Below, one piece after another: positions 44,967 to 54,274 of a stretch of DNA of 64,000 nucleotides. The stretch's first letter is position 1, and each line of letters starts with the position of its first letter. A program made the translations under genes and the position numbers. The stretch comes from an uncultured Hormoscilla sp. (GTDB lineage: Bacteria; Cyanobacteriota; Cyanobacteriia; Cyanobacteriales; Desertifilaceae). The stretch lies in contig OZ001293.3 in assembly GCA_963921275.4 (NCBI GenBank), forward strand, positions 2,784,001 through 2,848,000, read 5' to 3'. The notes under the pieces are model-generated. The model was not told where the DNA came from and made no database searches. It saw nothing but the letters and a program-made list of their open reading frames with translations.

Positions 44967-45398
44967 CTAAAGTTCCCTACTTGAAATTCTCCCGTCCAGA
45001 ACCAGTCTGGTAACAATCTCCCTATAGATCTCATTTGCTCGCGATACCGCTGCGATTGCTTGATTCTCTGTCCAAAGGCCAGACTGGGCATAGCGTCGTT
45101 CTGGATGATTTTGAGCCAGAACTGTTTCAGTTGTCCGTGCAGTTGCTGGTTGCATGTCCAGCACCGGATACATAACTTTTAGCCGCGACATAGCCTTGCC
45201 TTCAAGTTCTTCTAGATCGTGGCCGTATTTTTTAACTGCTGCCGGGTCTCGATCTAAGTATATCTCAACTAAGACCTTAAAGGCACATTCTACCACATAA
45301 CCCGCTAAGTAAACCGCGTTGTCCCACCGCTCAGCATTTCGTAAATTAAATGCATCATTTAAATGTCTTCCTGCTGCCTGCGAAAAAGACTCTTGCAT
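44967..45398 (-). CDS. HEPN-like protein
   Basis: AVYLAGYVVECAFK...GHDL...ERRY pattern; 143 aa, predicted helical. Confidence 0.75.
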   Translation of the reverse strand: MQESFSQAAGRHLNDAFNLRNAERWDNAVYLAGYVVECAFKVLVEIYLDRDPAAVKKYGHDLEELEGKAMSRLKVMYPVLDMQPATARTTETVLAQNHPERRYAQSGLWTENQAIAAVSRANEIYREIVTRLVLDGRISSREL

Positions 45399-45445
45399 AA
45401 TTACTCTTTATCTTGACTTTATTCTCTCCCTTCTCCCTTCTCCAT

Positions 45446-46285
45446 TTACTTTTTATCGCTTTTATACCTTAGGTATTCACTCGCAAATGCGATCGCCCCC
45501 GATACTATAATCAGGAGCACACTCAGGGCATTAATATCCGGTTTCACCCCAGTTCTAATCCGGCTAAATATTTCCATTGGCAAGGTATTGTAACCGCTAC
45601 CTGCCGTAAAGCTAGAAATCAGAAAATCGTCCATGCTGAGGACGAAGGCTAACAGACCACCAGAAACAATCCCTGGCACCAACTGGGGCAATAGGACTTG
45701 CAGAAATGCTTGTGTTGGTGTCGCGCCCAAGTCTAAAGCTGCTTCTTCTAAATGTGGGTCTAAATCTGCTAACCTCGTCGAAACCACCAGGGTAATGTAA
45801 GCTAGGCAAAAGACAATATGAGCAGCTACTATAGTCCAGATGTTTAAGGGAATGGCAAACACTGCTAAAAATACTATGGTCGCCACCGCGATCGCAATAT
45901 CGGGAACAATCAGGGGTAGGTAGGATATGCCCCGGTACAAGGACTTTCCGGGAAATTGATATTTCGATAACCCCATCGCCATCAGGGTACCCAAAACTGC
46001 GGAAATTCCTACTGCCGAAAAGGCAACAATTAAGCTATTTTGCAGGGATGTGAATATCCGGCCATCATTAAATAGTTTCAGATACCACTCTAGGGTGAAT
46101 CCTGACCAACTCGCGCTATAGGCAGACTTGTTAAAACTATAAACCACAAGTACCAGGATGGGCAGGTACATGAAAACAAACATCAGCAGCGTCAAGCTTA
46201 GCTGCCATGATACTTTAATTTTACCCTTCTTTTTTAACATCTCTACAGGTATTTCTTCCTGGATTCGCGTCAAAGTATCTGTCAT
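45446..46285 (-). CDS. potC: Polyamine ABC transporter permease
   Basis: LPILVLVVYSFN, EEAALDLGA and LSMDDF. Confidence 0.9.
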   Translation of the reverse strand: MTDTLTRIQEEIPVEMLKKKGKIKVSWQLSLTLLMFVFMYLPILVLVVYSFNKSAYSASWSGFTLEWYLKLFNDGRIFTSLQNSLIVAFSAVGISAVLGTLMAMGLSKYQFPGKSLYRGISYLPLIVPDIAIAVATIVFLAVFAIPLNIWTIVAAHIVFCLAYITLVVSTRLADLDPHLEEAALDLGATPTQAFLQVLLPQLVPGIVSGGLLAFVLSMDDFLISSFTAGSGYNTLPMEIFSRIRTGVKPDINALSVLLIIVSGAIAFASEYLRYKSDKK

Positions 46286-46441
46286 GGCTTGTTAATTCTT
46301 ATTCTTCGTGCTTTTCATGCTTGTGGGGTCGCCATATTTAATTAACAGCCCGATCGCCAGACTGACGGCCAAAATTACCACCATACTCAGGGCCGAGCCA
46401 AATCCCCAATTCTGGGTAGCCCCCAAAAACTGATTATAGAT
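46282..46441 (-). pseudogene. potB: C-terminal remnant of the PotB permease
   Basis: IYNQFLGATQNWGFGSALSM...; its stop overlaps the potC ATG. Confidence 0.8.
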
Positions 46442-47555
46442 CAGTTACTTCTTGTGGTAATGGTACTATGCTTTCGCATTTTGCTAGCACCTGCTGGGGC
46501 GGGAACAAGGTGAGATTTTTCCGGAGTTTCTCCGGCAGCTTCTCGTAGGCTATCTGATTGGCCGTGGCAAAGTTTAACCGCTTAGTAATCTCTACTCCGA
46601 CTGCTGGTTGCAGCATAAAGTTAATCCAGGCATAGGCACCATCAGGATTAGGTGCCGCTTTGGGAATTACCACGGTATCTGTCCACAGAGAAGACCCACT
46701 GCTGGGGATCGCATAACTCAGGTTTGGATCGGAATCTATCATTTCACTAGCGTCTACAGAGTAACCCATGGCAATTAACAGATCCCCTGTCAATATTTGC
46801 GGTCGCCATGCGTCTGAGGTAAAGGAGGCTATGCTCGGTTTTAGTTCCACTAACCTGTCATAGGCTGCTTTAATTTCCTGTGGAGAAGTTGAGTTATAAG
46901 AATACCCCAGCATTTTCAACGTCGCACCCATTACTTCCCGCACGTCATTGAGTAAGGTTATCTGGCCCTTTAGTTCCTGCTTGTTTTCCCAAAGGTAACT
47001 CCAATCATTCGGCTGTGATTGCGCTGCGCGCACGCTACGCGAACGCAGCTTCTGGCTGTTGTAAATCAGACCTGTCGTTCCCCAGCTTACAGGTATACTG
47101 TGGCGGTTTTGAGGGTCATAAACAGGATTTTTATAATTCTCGAACAACTGGTTTAGACCTTCTATCCGTGACAGGTCTAGTTCTATCAACAGATTCTCTT
47201 CTACCATCTTCTCAACCATGTAGTCCGAAGGGTAGATAATGCTATAAGCCCCACCTCCACCTGCTAGCACCTTTGCCAGCATCTCCTCACTGGAAGACAT
47301 TACATCCGCGATCGCCTTGATGCCTGTTTGCTGGGCAAAGCTATCAAACAGGTCATCATCTGTGTAGCCTGCCCAAGTGTATATATACAGCTTGTTAGCA
47401 TCTCCTGGGCTAGTGCTCGCTGTTGGTCTGACATTGGCTAGAGTCCAGCCACAGCCTGACAGGGTCGTGGTTGCCAATGCTGCTGCTGACAATCCCAAGA
47501 ACCTACGCCTTGTCAAGGTACTTCTGCTTTTCTGTAATCTCTCTGTCTGAGACAA
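46434..47555 (-). CDS. potD: Polyamine-binding lipoprotein (Tat signal), C-terminus clipped
   Basis: TRRRFL...LSGC, YTWAGY, PSDY and WGTTG. Confidence 0.85.
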   Translation of the reverse strand: MSQTERLQKSRSTLTRRRFLGLSAAALATTTLSGCGWTLANVRPTASTSPGDANKLYIYTWAGYTDDDLFDSFAQQTGIKAIADVMSSSEEMLAKVLAGGGGAYSIIYPSDYMVEKMVEENLLIELDLSRIEGLNQLFENYKNPVYDPQNRHSIPVSWGTTGLIYNSQKLRSRSVRAAQSQPNDWSYLWENKQELKGQITLLNDVREVMGATLKMLGYSYNSTSPQEIKAAYDRLVELKPSIASFTSDAWRPQILTGDLLIAMGYSVDASEMIDSDPNLSYAIPSSGSSLWTDTVVIPKAAPNPDGAYAWINFMLQPAVGVEITKRLNFATANQIAYEKLPEKLRKNLTLFPPQQVLAKCESIVPLPQEVTDL

Positions 47556-47629
47556 TATTTTTTCATCATTGCTATTTTAACACATTCTATCTCGTTTATC
47601 TGCTGATTTTAACGAGCCTTGACAATTAT

Positions 47630-48748
47630 TCAAGCAGACAAAGCCAGGCAGTCCGTCGCGTCCCAGTAGACGTATATAGGGGTATTAGGTCTTGGCAGAG
47701 AAGCACGGTTGGGCAGTAAGACTAGCAGGCGATCGCCCGAGAGCAATTCCACAATATAATGCACGTGAGTGCCCAGGAACATACTGGTTTTCAGGCGTCC
47801 CTCAAAGCAGTTGGCGCGTCGGTCGGGTTTCTGCAGACTCAGATGAATCTTCTCTGGGCGGACACTCACCACCACTTGCTGGGACTTGTCAGTCAGAGCT
47901 GAGTGCTGTACGATAATTTTTAGCTTCTTATCTGTCTGCACCTCCATGCCCGACTGGTCTAGGTTAACAATCCTACCGCGAAACAGATTCGTATCTCCGA
48001 TAAAATCCACGACAAAGGGCGTCTGGGGATACTCGTAAATTTCGCTGGGCTCGCCCACTTGTTCGATTTTACCCTCCCGCATCACGGCTATGCGGTCTGA
48101 CAGGGAGAGGGCTTCTTCCTGGTCGTGAGTCACCATAATGAAGGTCAGCCCCAATTCTTGATGCAGATTAGAAAGTTCTACCTGCATTTCCTTGCGCAGC
48201 TTCAGATCCAGGGACCCTAAGGGTTCATCTAGCAGCAGCACAGCCGGTCTATTTACCAGGGCCCGGGCTAAGGCTACCCGTTGCTGCTGTCCGCCGGATA
48301 GCTGGGCGGGAAACCGATGGGCAAAAGCTTCCATCTGCACGAGGGTGAGGGCTTCTCCAACCCGATCGGCTATTTGGGCATTGGTCAGCTTTTTAATCCG
48401 CAGTCCAAAGGCAATATTCTCCCGGACATTCATGTGGTTAAAGAGAGCATAGCTCTGAAACACGGTGTTCACAGGACGGCGGTAAGCGGGAATCTGGTTA
48501 CTGAGCTGGCCCAGAATCAAGACTTCCCCAGCCGAGGGCGTCTCAAATCCAGCGATCAGGCGCAGGGTTGTGGTTTTGCCACAGCCTGAGGGCCCGAGAA
48601 TCGAGAAAAATTCCCCTTGACGGATCTTCAGATCGACTCCCCATACAGCTGTTTCGCCATTGAACACCTTAAATACCTTGCGCAGTTCAACATCGAACTC
48701 CACATCTGTTTTCGTTCTGGCGAGCGGGCGTGTAACGGTTTGAGACAT
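47630..48748 (-). CDS. potA: Polyamine ABC transporter ATPase
   Basis: GPSGCGKTT, NTVFQSYALF and LSGGQQQR; TOBE-like C-terminus; AGGAGG before ATG 48748. Confidence 0.92.
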   Translation of the reverse strand: MSQTVTRPLARTKTDVEFDVELRKVFKVFNGETAVWGVDLKIRQGEFFSILGPSGCGKTTTLRLIAGFETPSAGEVLILGQLSNQIPAYRRPVNTVFQSYALFNHMNVRENIAFGLRIKKLTNAQIADRVGEALTLVQMEAFAHRFPAQLSGGQQQRVALARALVNRPAVLLLDEPLGSLDLKLRKEMQVELSNLHQELGLTFIMVTHDQEEALSLSDRIAVMREGKIEQVGEPSEIYEYPQTPFVVDFIGDTNLFRGRIVNLDQSGMEVQTDKKLKIIVQHSALTDKSQQVVVSVRPEKIHLSLQKPDRRANCFEGRLKTSMFLGTHVHYIVELLSGDRLLVLLPNRASLPRPNTPIYVYWDATDCLALSA

Positions 48749-48901
48749 GTGGCAACCTCCTGAGCAGCGATGCCCCCCGCTGGGTATATTTAAAATTATA
48801 TCATATTTATACATCTTTGTCAACAGACCCAGTTCGAGAGTATATGCGGACGGGTTCTGTGATTTTTGTGAGATTGAAATCCCAGACCTGGGTTTATTTT
48901 A

Positions 48902-49913
48902 ACCTAAGTTGCGACCTATTAAAAAAAATATGAATTACCCACTTAGACTTTACAGATATTTGGGATATTTCGTAGCTTTTGATACAAAATTATATTTTTT
49001 TTGTGCTAGACGGCGGGTTGGCTGTTTATAGGTTATAATGTACTAAAATAATAGTTAATTGCTGGGGGATGTAGATGATGGAAGATATGATTACAACAAT
49101 TTTTGTTCTTTGTGACGAGCTACTAAAAGCGTTAAATATAAAAGAAGATCCACAAGTAAAAATGAACAATGCCGAAGTGATGACAGTCGGATTAGTTGCT
49201 GCATATTTTTTCGGAGGACACCACGATCGCTCTTGTCAATTTATGGTCCAACACAAGTATATAAAAAATCTGTTAAGTAAAAGTAGGTTCAATCGTCGAT
49301 TACACAATATTGAGGAACCAATTTGGATGTTTTTCTTCCAAGTTATAGCTCAAACATTTAAAGAGCTCAATCCGGGTCAAGAATATATTCTTGATAGTTT
49401 CCCGGTGCCAGTATGTGATAATATTAGGATTGATAGATGCCAAATTTATAACAAGGAAGAATATCGAGGGTATATTGCCAGTAAAAAACGTTATTTTTAT
49501 GGATTAAGAGTTCATATGTTGGTAAACAAAAATGGAAAGCCAATAGAATTTTATCTAGATCCTGGTAGTTATAATGATGTTAAAGTTTTGCAATCTTTTG
49601 GCTTTGACTTACCATCAAATTCAATAGTTTATGGAGATAAAGCTTATAATGATTATCAATTAGAGGATTTACTAAAAGAGTCGTCAAGTATAATGTTAAA
49701 ACCTTTGCGAAAAAAGAACTCAAAAAGAAAAGAATCTTCTTGTTTTGAATATATACAAAAAGTAACAAGAAAACAAGTTGAAACCTGTTTTAGTCGAATC
49801 ACCAATTTGTTTCCCAAGTCAATTCATGCTGTTACATCTAAGGGATTAGAGTTGAAAATAATTCTCTTTATCATAGCTTTTTGTATCCAATTTTTATAGG
49901 TCGCAACTTGAGT
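48902..49913 (+). mobile_element. IS982-family element, apparently intact
   Basis: TIR acctaagttgcgacctat / ataggtcgcaacttgagt; 7-bp TSD TATTTTA. Confidence 0.93.
49075..49899 (+). CDS. IS982-family transposase
   Basis: ILDSFPV, YFYGLRVH, YGDKAY and RKQVET (DDE). Confidence 0.92.
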   Translation: MMEDMITTIFVLCDELLKALNIKEDPQVKMNNAEVMTVGLVAAYFFGGHHDRSCQFMVQHKYIKNLLSKSRFNRRLHNIEEPIWMFFFQVIAQTFKELNPGQEYILDSFPVPVCDNIRIDRCQIYNKEEYRGYIASKKRYFYGLRVHMLVNKNGKPIEFYLDPGSYNDVKVLQSFGFDLPSNSIVYGDKAYNDYQLEDLLKESSSIMLKPLRKKNSKRKESSCFEYIQKVTRKQVETCFSRITNLFPKSIHAVTSKGLELKIILFIIAFCIQFL

Positions 49914-50066
49914 TATTTTATCTATCTGACCTCTGTACGGGAGTAATTTAGGATTTTTTTATTGGTAATTTGGCCCGGGGTCGTTAAGATGCATACTTGA
50001 AATCTCACTCTCATAGCCTACGGACACAGGAAGCCCTGAGGACGAGGCCGTGAGAACAATCAAGCC

Positions 50067-51875
50067 ATGACCTTAGTAAAATATAACTCGCGCAGCTTTC
50101 TGAGATCGACGCGCCGCACTGTTGGAAGTTATTACCAGTCCCTGGTGCTGATGTTGCTGATCGCGACCGCGATGATCGGGGGGATTGGCACCCGCTTGGT
50201 GCAGCTACAACTGATTGCAGGGCACAGCAACCTGGAAAAAGCAGAGCGAAACCGGATTCGCCTGATTCCTAAACAACCGGAACGGGGCAAGATTCTCGAT
50301 CGCCAGGGCAGAATCTTGGCCTCGTCTCGTCTGTCTTACTCTCTCTATCTGTGGCCGCCAGCGACGCGGAATCGCCAATGGCTTGAGATAAAAGCACGCC
50401 TGTCTAAAATTCTGTCAATCCCGTCAGCAGAAATTCAACAGCGGGTTGATTGTGCCTTGGGAAAGTGCGAAAGGGGCGATCGCTCGGTTTATACTTCTCG
50501 GTATCTGTTGCGGATTGCCCGAAATCTGACCCCTGCACAACTGACAGCTTTTATGGAATACAAAGACTCTCTCAAGGGCATCCTGGTAGATCCGGAAGTC
50601 ATCCGGGAATATCCCCACAAGCAATTGGCAGCCCACGTGCTGGGTTATACGGGCCAGATGAATGATGAAGACCTGAATAGGCTTCGAGACCGGGGGTATC
50701 GCATGGGAGACGAGATCGGTCAGATGGGAGTAGAGGCGGCCTTTGAGTCCCAGCTGCGGGGAAAATGGGGCGGTCGCCAGGTGTTGGTGGATAATAAGGG
50801 TGAGGTAGTAGATATTCTGAATTACAAACAGCCAACGCGGGGGCAGGATCTCTATTTAACCCTGGATCTGGATTTGCAAAAGGCTGCGGAGGCGGCTTTG
50901 GGGAATAAAAAGGGGGCAATAGTGGCCCTGGACCCGGAGGATGGTGCGATTTTGGCGATGGTCTCTCGTCCGACTTTTGACCCGAATATCTTCTTGAGTC
51001 GGATTAGTGAAAAAACTTGGCAGCAGTTGCAAAGCCAGGATGACCCTTTTGTTAACCGGGCTCTCCAGGGGTTTCCACCGGCTTCTACTTTCAAGATTGT
51101 CACCACCACTGCGGCCCTGGAGTCGGGCAAGTTTTCGCCTTATGCGGTTTTGCCTACTTATCCCTATATTCGGGTGGGGCCAATTCTGTTCTGGGATTGG
51201 AACCGGGAAGGGTTTGGCTGGCTGGGATTTCCCGGTGCGATGGCTTGGAGTAGCGACACGTTTTTTTATCAAGTAGGGCTGAATGTGGGTGGACCTCCTC
51301 TGATCGAGTGGGCCCGCAAGTTTGGCTTTGGGGAAAAAACGGGAATTGAGTTGGCTACGGAAGAGGCTTCTGGACTGGTAGCAAATCGGCGCTGGAAGGA
51401 GTTGGAACTGGCAGAAGACTGGTATCACGGGGATACTGTGAATATGTCGATCGGTCAGGGGTATCTGCAAGCTTCGCCTTTGCAGGTGGCGGTGATGTTT
51501 GCGGCGGTGGCTAATGGCGGCTATCGGGTTAAGCCTCATTTGCGGCAGAATTCCGAGGCGCAGAATTCCCGAGTGTCTTTGGATCTGAGTCCCTCTACTT
51601 TGGAAACTCTACAAATAGGTTTGCGCTGGGTGGTGACTTGGGGCACTGGGACGGTGATGAATGTGCCAACTCTGCCGCCGACTGCGGGTAAGAGTGGCAC
51701 GGCAGAAGACCCTCCCCGTAAGGTTCATACTTGGTTTGGTGCCTATGGGCCTCTGGATAAACCGGAAATTGTGGTGGTGGCTTTTGGTGAAAATTCTGGT
51801 GGCGGTGGCGGTAGCTTTGCTGGCCTGATCGTGCGTCTGGTGTTGGAGGCTTATTTTAAGCTAAAGGATAATTAG
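50067..51875 (+). CDS. mrdA: Penicillin-binding protein 2 (class B)
   Basis: RGKILDR, PASTFK (SxxK) and GKSGTA. Confidence 0.9.
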   Translation: MTLVKYNSRSFLRSTRRTVGSYYQSLVLMLLIATAMIGGIGTRLVQLQLIAGHSNLEKAERNRIRLIPKQPERGKILDRQGRILASSRLSYSLYLWPPATRNRQWLEIKARLSKILSIPSAEIQQRVDCALGKCERGDRSVYTSRYLLRIARNLTPAQLTAFMEYKDSLKGILVDPEVIREYPHKQLAAHVLGYTGQMNDEDLNRLRDRGYRMGDEIGQMGVEAAFESQLRGKWGGRQVLVDNKGEVVDILNYKQPTRGQDLYLTLDLDLQKAAEAALGNKKGAIVALDPEDGAILAMVSRPTFDPNIFLSRISEKTWQQLQSQDDPFVNRALQGFPPASTFKIVTTTAALESGKFSPYAVLPTYPYIRVGPILFWDWNREGFGWLGFPGAMAWSSDTFFYQVGLNVGGPPLIEWARKFGFGEKTGIELATEEASGLVANRRWKELELAEDWYHGDTVNMSIGQGYLQASPLQVAVMFAAVANGGYRVKPHLRQNSEAQNSRVSLDLSPSTLETLQIGLRWVVTWGTGTVMNVPTLPPTAGKSGTAEDPPRKVHTWFGAYGPLDKPEIVVVAFGENSGGGGGSFAGLIVRLVLEAYFKLKDN

Positions 51876-51890
51876 ATATGAAGCTACCAC

Positions 51891-53057
51891 GCCCGAACCC
51901 GTTCCCAGGCAGAGCCGTGGAAACGAGGGGTCCGGCTACATGAACTAAGCCCGCCTGCGCGGGCTTAATTACTTGCATCACCAGATGCACTCGGCTATCA
52001 ACTACAAGTGAGCGCACCCGTTGCCAACTCCCTGAATTTTCTTAATTGGGATAATTTCTTTTTGGCAATTCTTTTAACTCAATTGAGCATCTGTTAATCG
52101 CGTTTTTTACCCTGGCAATGGCTTCTAAAATTACCAATAAAGAAGTATTGAATTGTATGGATTATAAGAGGTTTTTAATTCTGACTTGTCCGATGGTAGC
52201 AGGAGATATAATTCCTTGGTATCCCGCTATGAATTTGTTCCGGAGCGCCCCAACTATATGATTGGTATTCTATTTTTCAGCAAGTACGGTATGCTTTGTG
52301 GGAATTAATATTATAATTGAAGTCTGAGAGCCCTTTTTTGCGGGCGATCGCTTTCTGTTCGGGGTATGGGGTGCCGGTTGTCGCCTATGGGGCTGGGGGC
52401 GAGGTTATATAGTAGGGGGGGTCTGGGGAAGAGCGGGCTTCAGTGCGCTGAAAATGGGCTTCCACTGGGCTCCGGGTTGGAGCGCCATTGGGAAGGGTTT
52501 GGCTCGAATATGGCTCGAATAGGGCCCGCTAATGGCTCGACTCAGACGAGGGTATGGCTCGACTTCGGCTCGACTTCGGCTCGACCTCGGCTCGACCTCG
52601 GCTCGGGTATCTGGTGTCACACTTTTTGTGTGAGCGAACTCACATGCATGGGTGGGGAGGGCGGCTATTATGGGCAGGAGCGATGGACGATAATTTCTGT
52701 ATAACTTCAGTTCTTACTTACAAACCGAAGGCACCGTTAGGGATCCAAAATGCGCGACAGTTGCCTTGTAATTTACCACAAAACGGCTTTTTGATACAAA
52801 TCAATTTGGCAAAATTGCTGTCAGAGAGGTCAAAAATTTTATAAGTAGCAAATTTGGTTATGTATAGGCAGAAATTAGCACGCTTGAGGCACTATCGAGC
52901 GGCCATAGTAATGCTTGTACATATCTGAATCGATCGGATGTTGATGCTGTGTTTCCGGGCACGTAGGGCCACCGAAGACACAGCCCGAACCCGTTCCCAG
53001 GCAGAGCCGTGGGAACGAGGGGTCCGGCTACTCGAACAAAGCCCGCCTGCGCGGGCT
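51891..53057 (+). repeat. ~75-bp direct repeat (51891-51966 / 52983-53057)
   Basis: gcccgaacccgttcccaggcagagccgtgg...gcccgcctgcgcgggctt seen twice. Confidence 0.88.
52501..52606 (+). repeat. GGCTCGA-based 11-nt tandem repeats
   Basis: ggctcgacttc x2, ggctcgacctc x2, plus degenerate units. Confidence 0.8.
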
Positions 53058-53199
53058 TTCAGAAAAAAGAGGGCGATCGCCAGTTATTGGCCAGTCGCCG
53101 TTTTGAACAATTGGTGACAGTTGAGAAGCCCGGTTTCGCAGGAGAAACCGGGCTTCTGGATCTATCTGAGTCAAAGGGATAGCCAAAACCTGCTAAACC

Positions 53200-53526
53200 C
53201 TATTGAACTTTTTCAACTTTCCTGATCCTCGATGTCTTTCCGTTAGTCGGGTTGCTGATGTGGGTCCAATAATTGGAGCTGTTGATTGAAATCAAGACCT
53301 CTTGACCATTATTAACCCCGATACTGTTGTAGTACCAAATAAAGTAACGATTTCCATTACGAGGAGATTTTACCATTACTTTGTAGGTACTTCCATCCCG
53401 ACCAAAACTTCGGAGAAATGTGAAAGAGACAGTGTCAGCAAGGGCTGGGCGGACGAGGGTTGGGACAGAAGTTGCTGGAATCAATACGCTTCCGATCAAT
53501 GCTGGAATCAAAAGTTTGTTATTCAT
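53200..53526 (-). CDS. Small secreted hypothetical protein
   Basis: Signal peptide ending PALA; 108 aa. Confidence 0.6.
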   Translation of the reverse strand: MNNKLLIPALIGSVLIPATSVPTLVRPALADTVSFTFLRSFGRDGSTYKVMVKSPRNGNRYFIWYYNSIGVNNGQEVLISINSSNYWTHISNPTNGKTSRIRKVEKVQ

Positions 53527-53771
53527 GAGCTGTTCATCTGTTCGTAGGGGTGCATCTCAATGCATGATATTCGTAATCCATTTGTTGGGTTTCGTGCCTC
53601 AACCAAACCTACGAATAATGCTCCAGGATTGAAGTTTCCTGGTTTCCTGGAGCATTAAAATCAATTATTTAGAGCATCGGTTAAGTTGTCTCAAAAACTG
53701 GGTTTCACGCGCGTGTTATCAACAAAATATTGACATTATCAAGAAATAAACCCGGTTTCTTGACAGACTAT

Positions 53772-54014
53772 CTAAGAGGTCCAATCGCTCAGGTCAAAGT
53801 TTCCATCATTGCTATCGCTATTCCCATTGCCGGAACCAGAGCTAGCAATGGCGGCTCCACCAGCTAATCCAACATGAGGAAGACCAATTGCAGTCATCAC
53901 AGTTGCAAAAGCCACACCGCCTACAACTTTTCCGGCAACGTTAAAGGCAGTCTTCCCTGCTTCGATCTTTAGTTCATCTTTAACGCTTCGATAATTTTGG
54001 TATTTTTTCGACAT
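53772..54014 (-). CDS. Small glycine-rich membrane hypothetical protein
   Basis: AGGAG RBS; hydrophobic Gly/Ala segment. Confidence 0.55.
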   Translation of the reverse strand: MSKKYQNYRSVKDELKIEAGKTAFNVAGKVVGGVAFATVMTAIGLPHVGLAGGAAIASSGSGNGNSDSNDGNFDLSDWTS

Positions 54015-54144
54015 CGGTTTAACTCTCCTGTACAGTTTATGTTCAGATTGACAAGTTCAGCGTCTCTGGGATTGATAGCTTACTGCTAAACTTGCTATCT
54101 ATATTTAGTCTAGCCATCCAGACTGGACAGTGCCTATAGCAAAA

Positions 54145-54235
54145 AAATAGCAATTAAATATCAATTTAGTCGCAGCTTTGATATTTAATTGCTATTTAAT
54201 TATCCTTGACAGTTATCCTGATGCTCTGTTATAGT
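54145..54235 (+). promoter_or_regulatory. Perfect 20-bp inverted repeat next to a sigma70-like promoter
   Basis: aaatagcaattaaatatcaa-N13-ttgatatttaattgctattt; TTGACA(54206)-N18-TATAGT(54230). Confidence 0.65.
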
Positions 54236-54274
54236 ATTTATAGTAAGGATGGAATCAGGAGAGGAGTAGCATTG

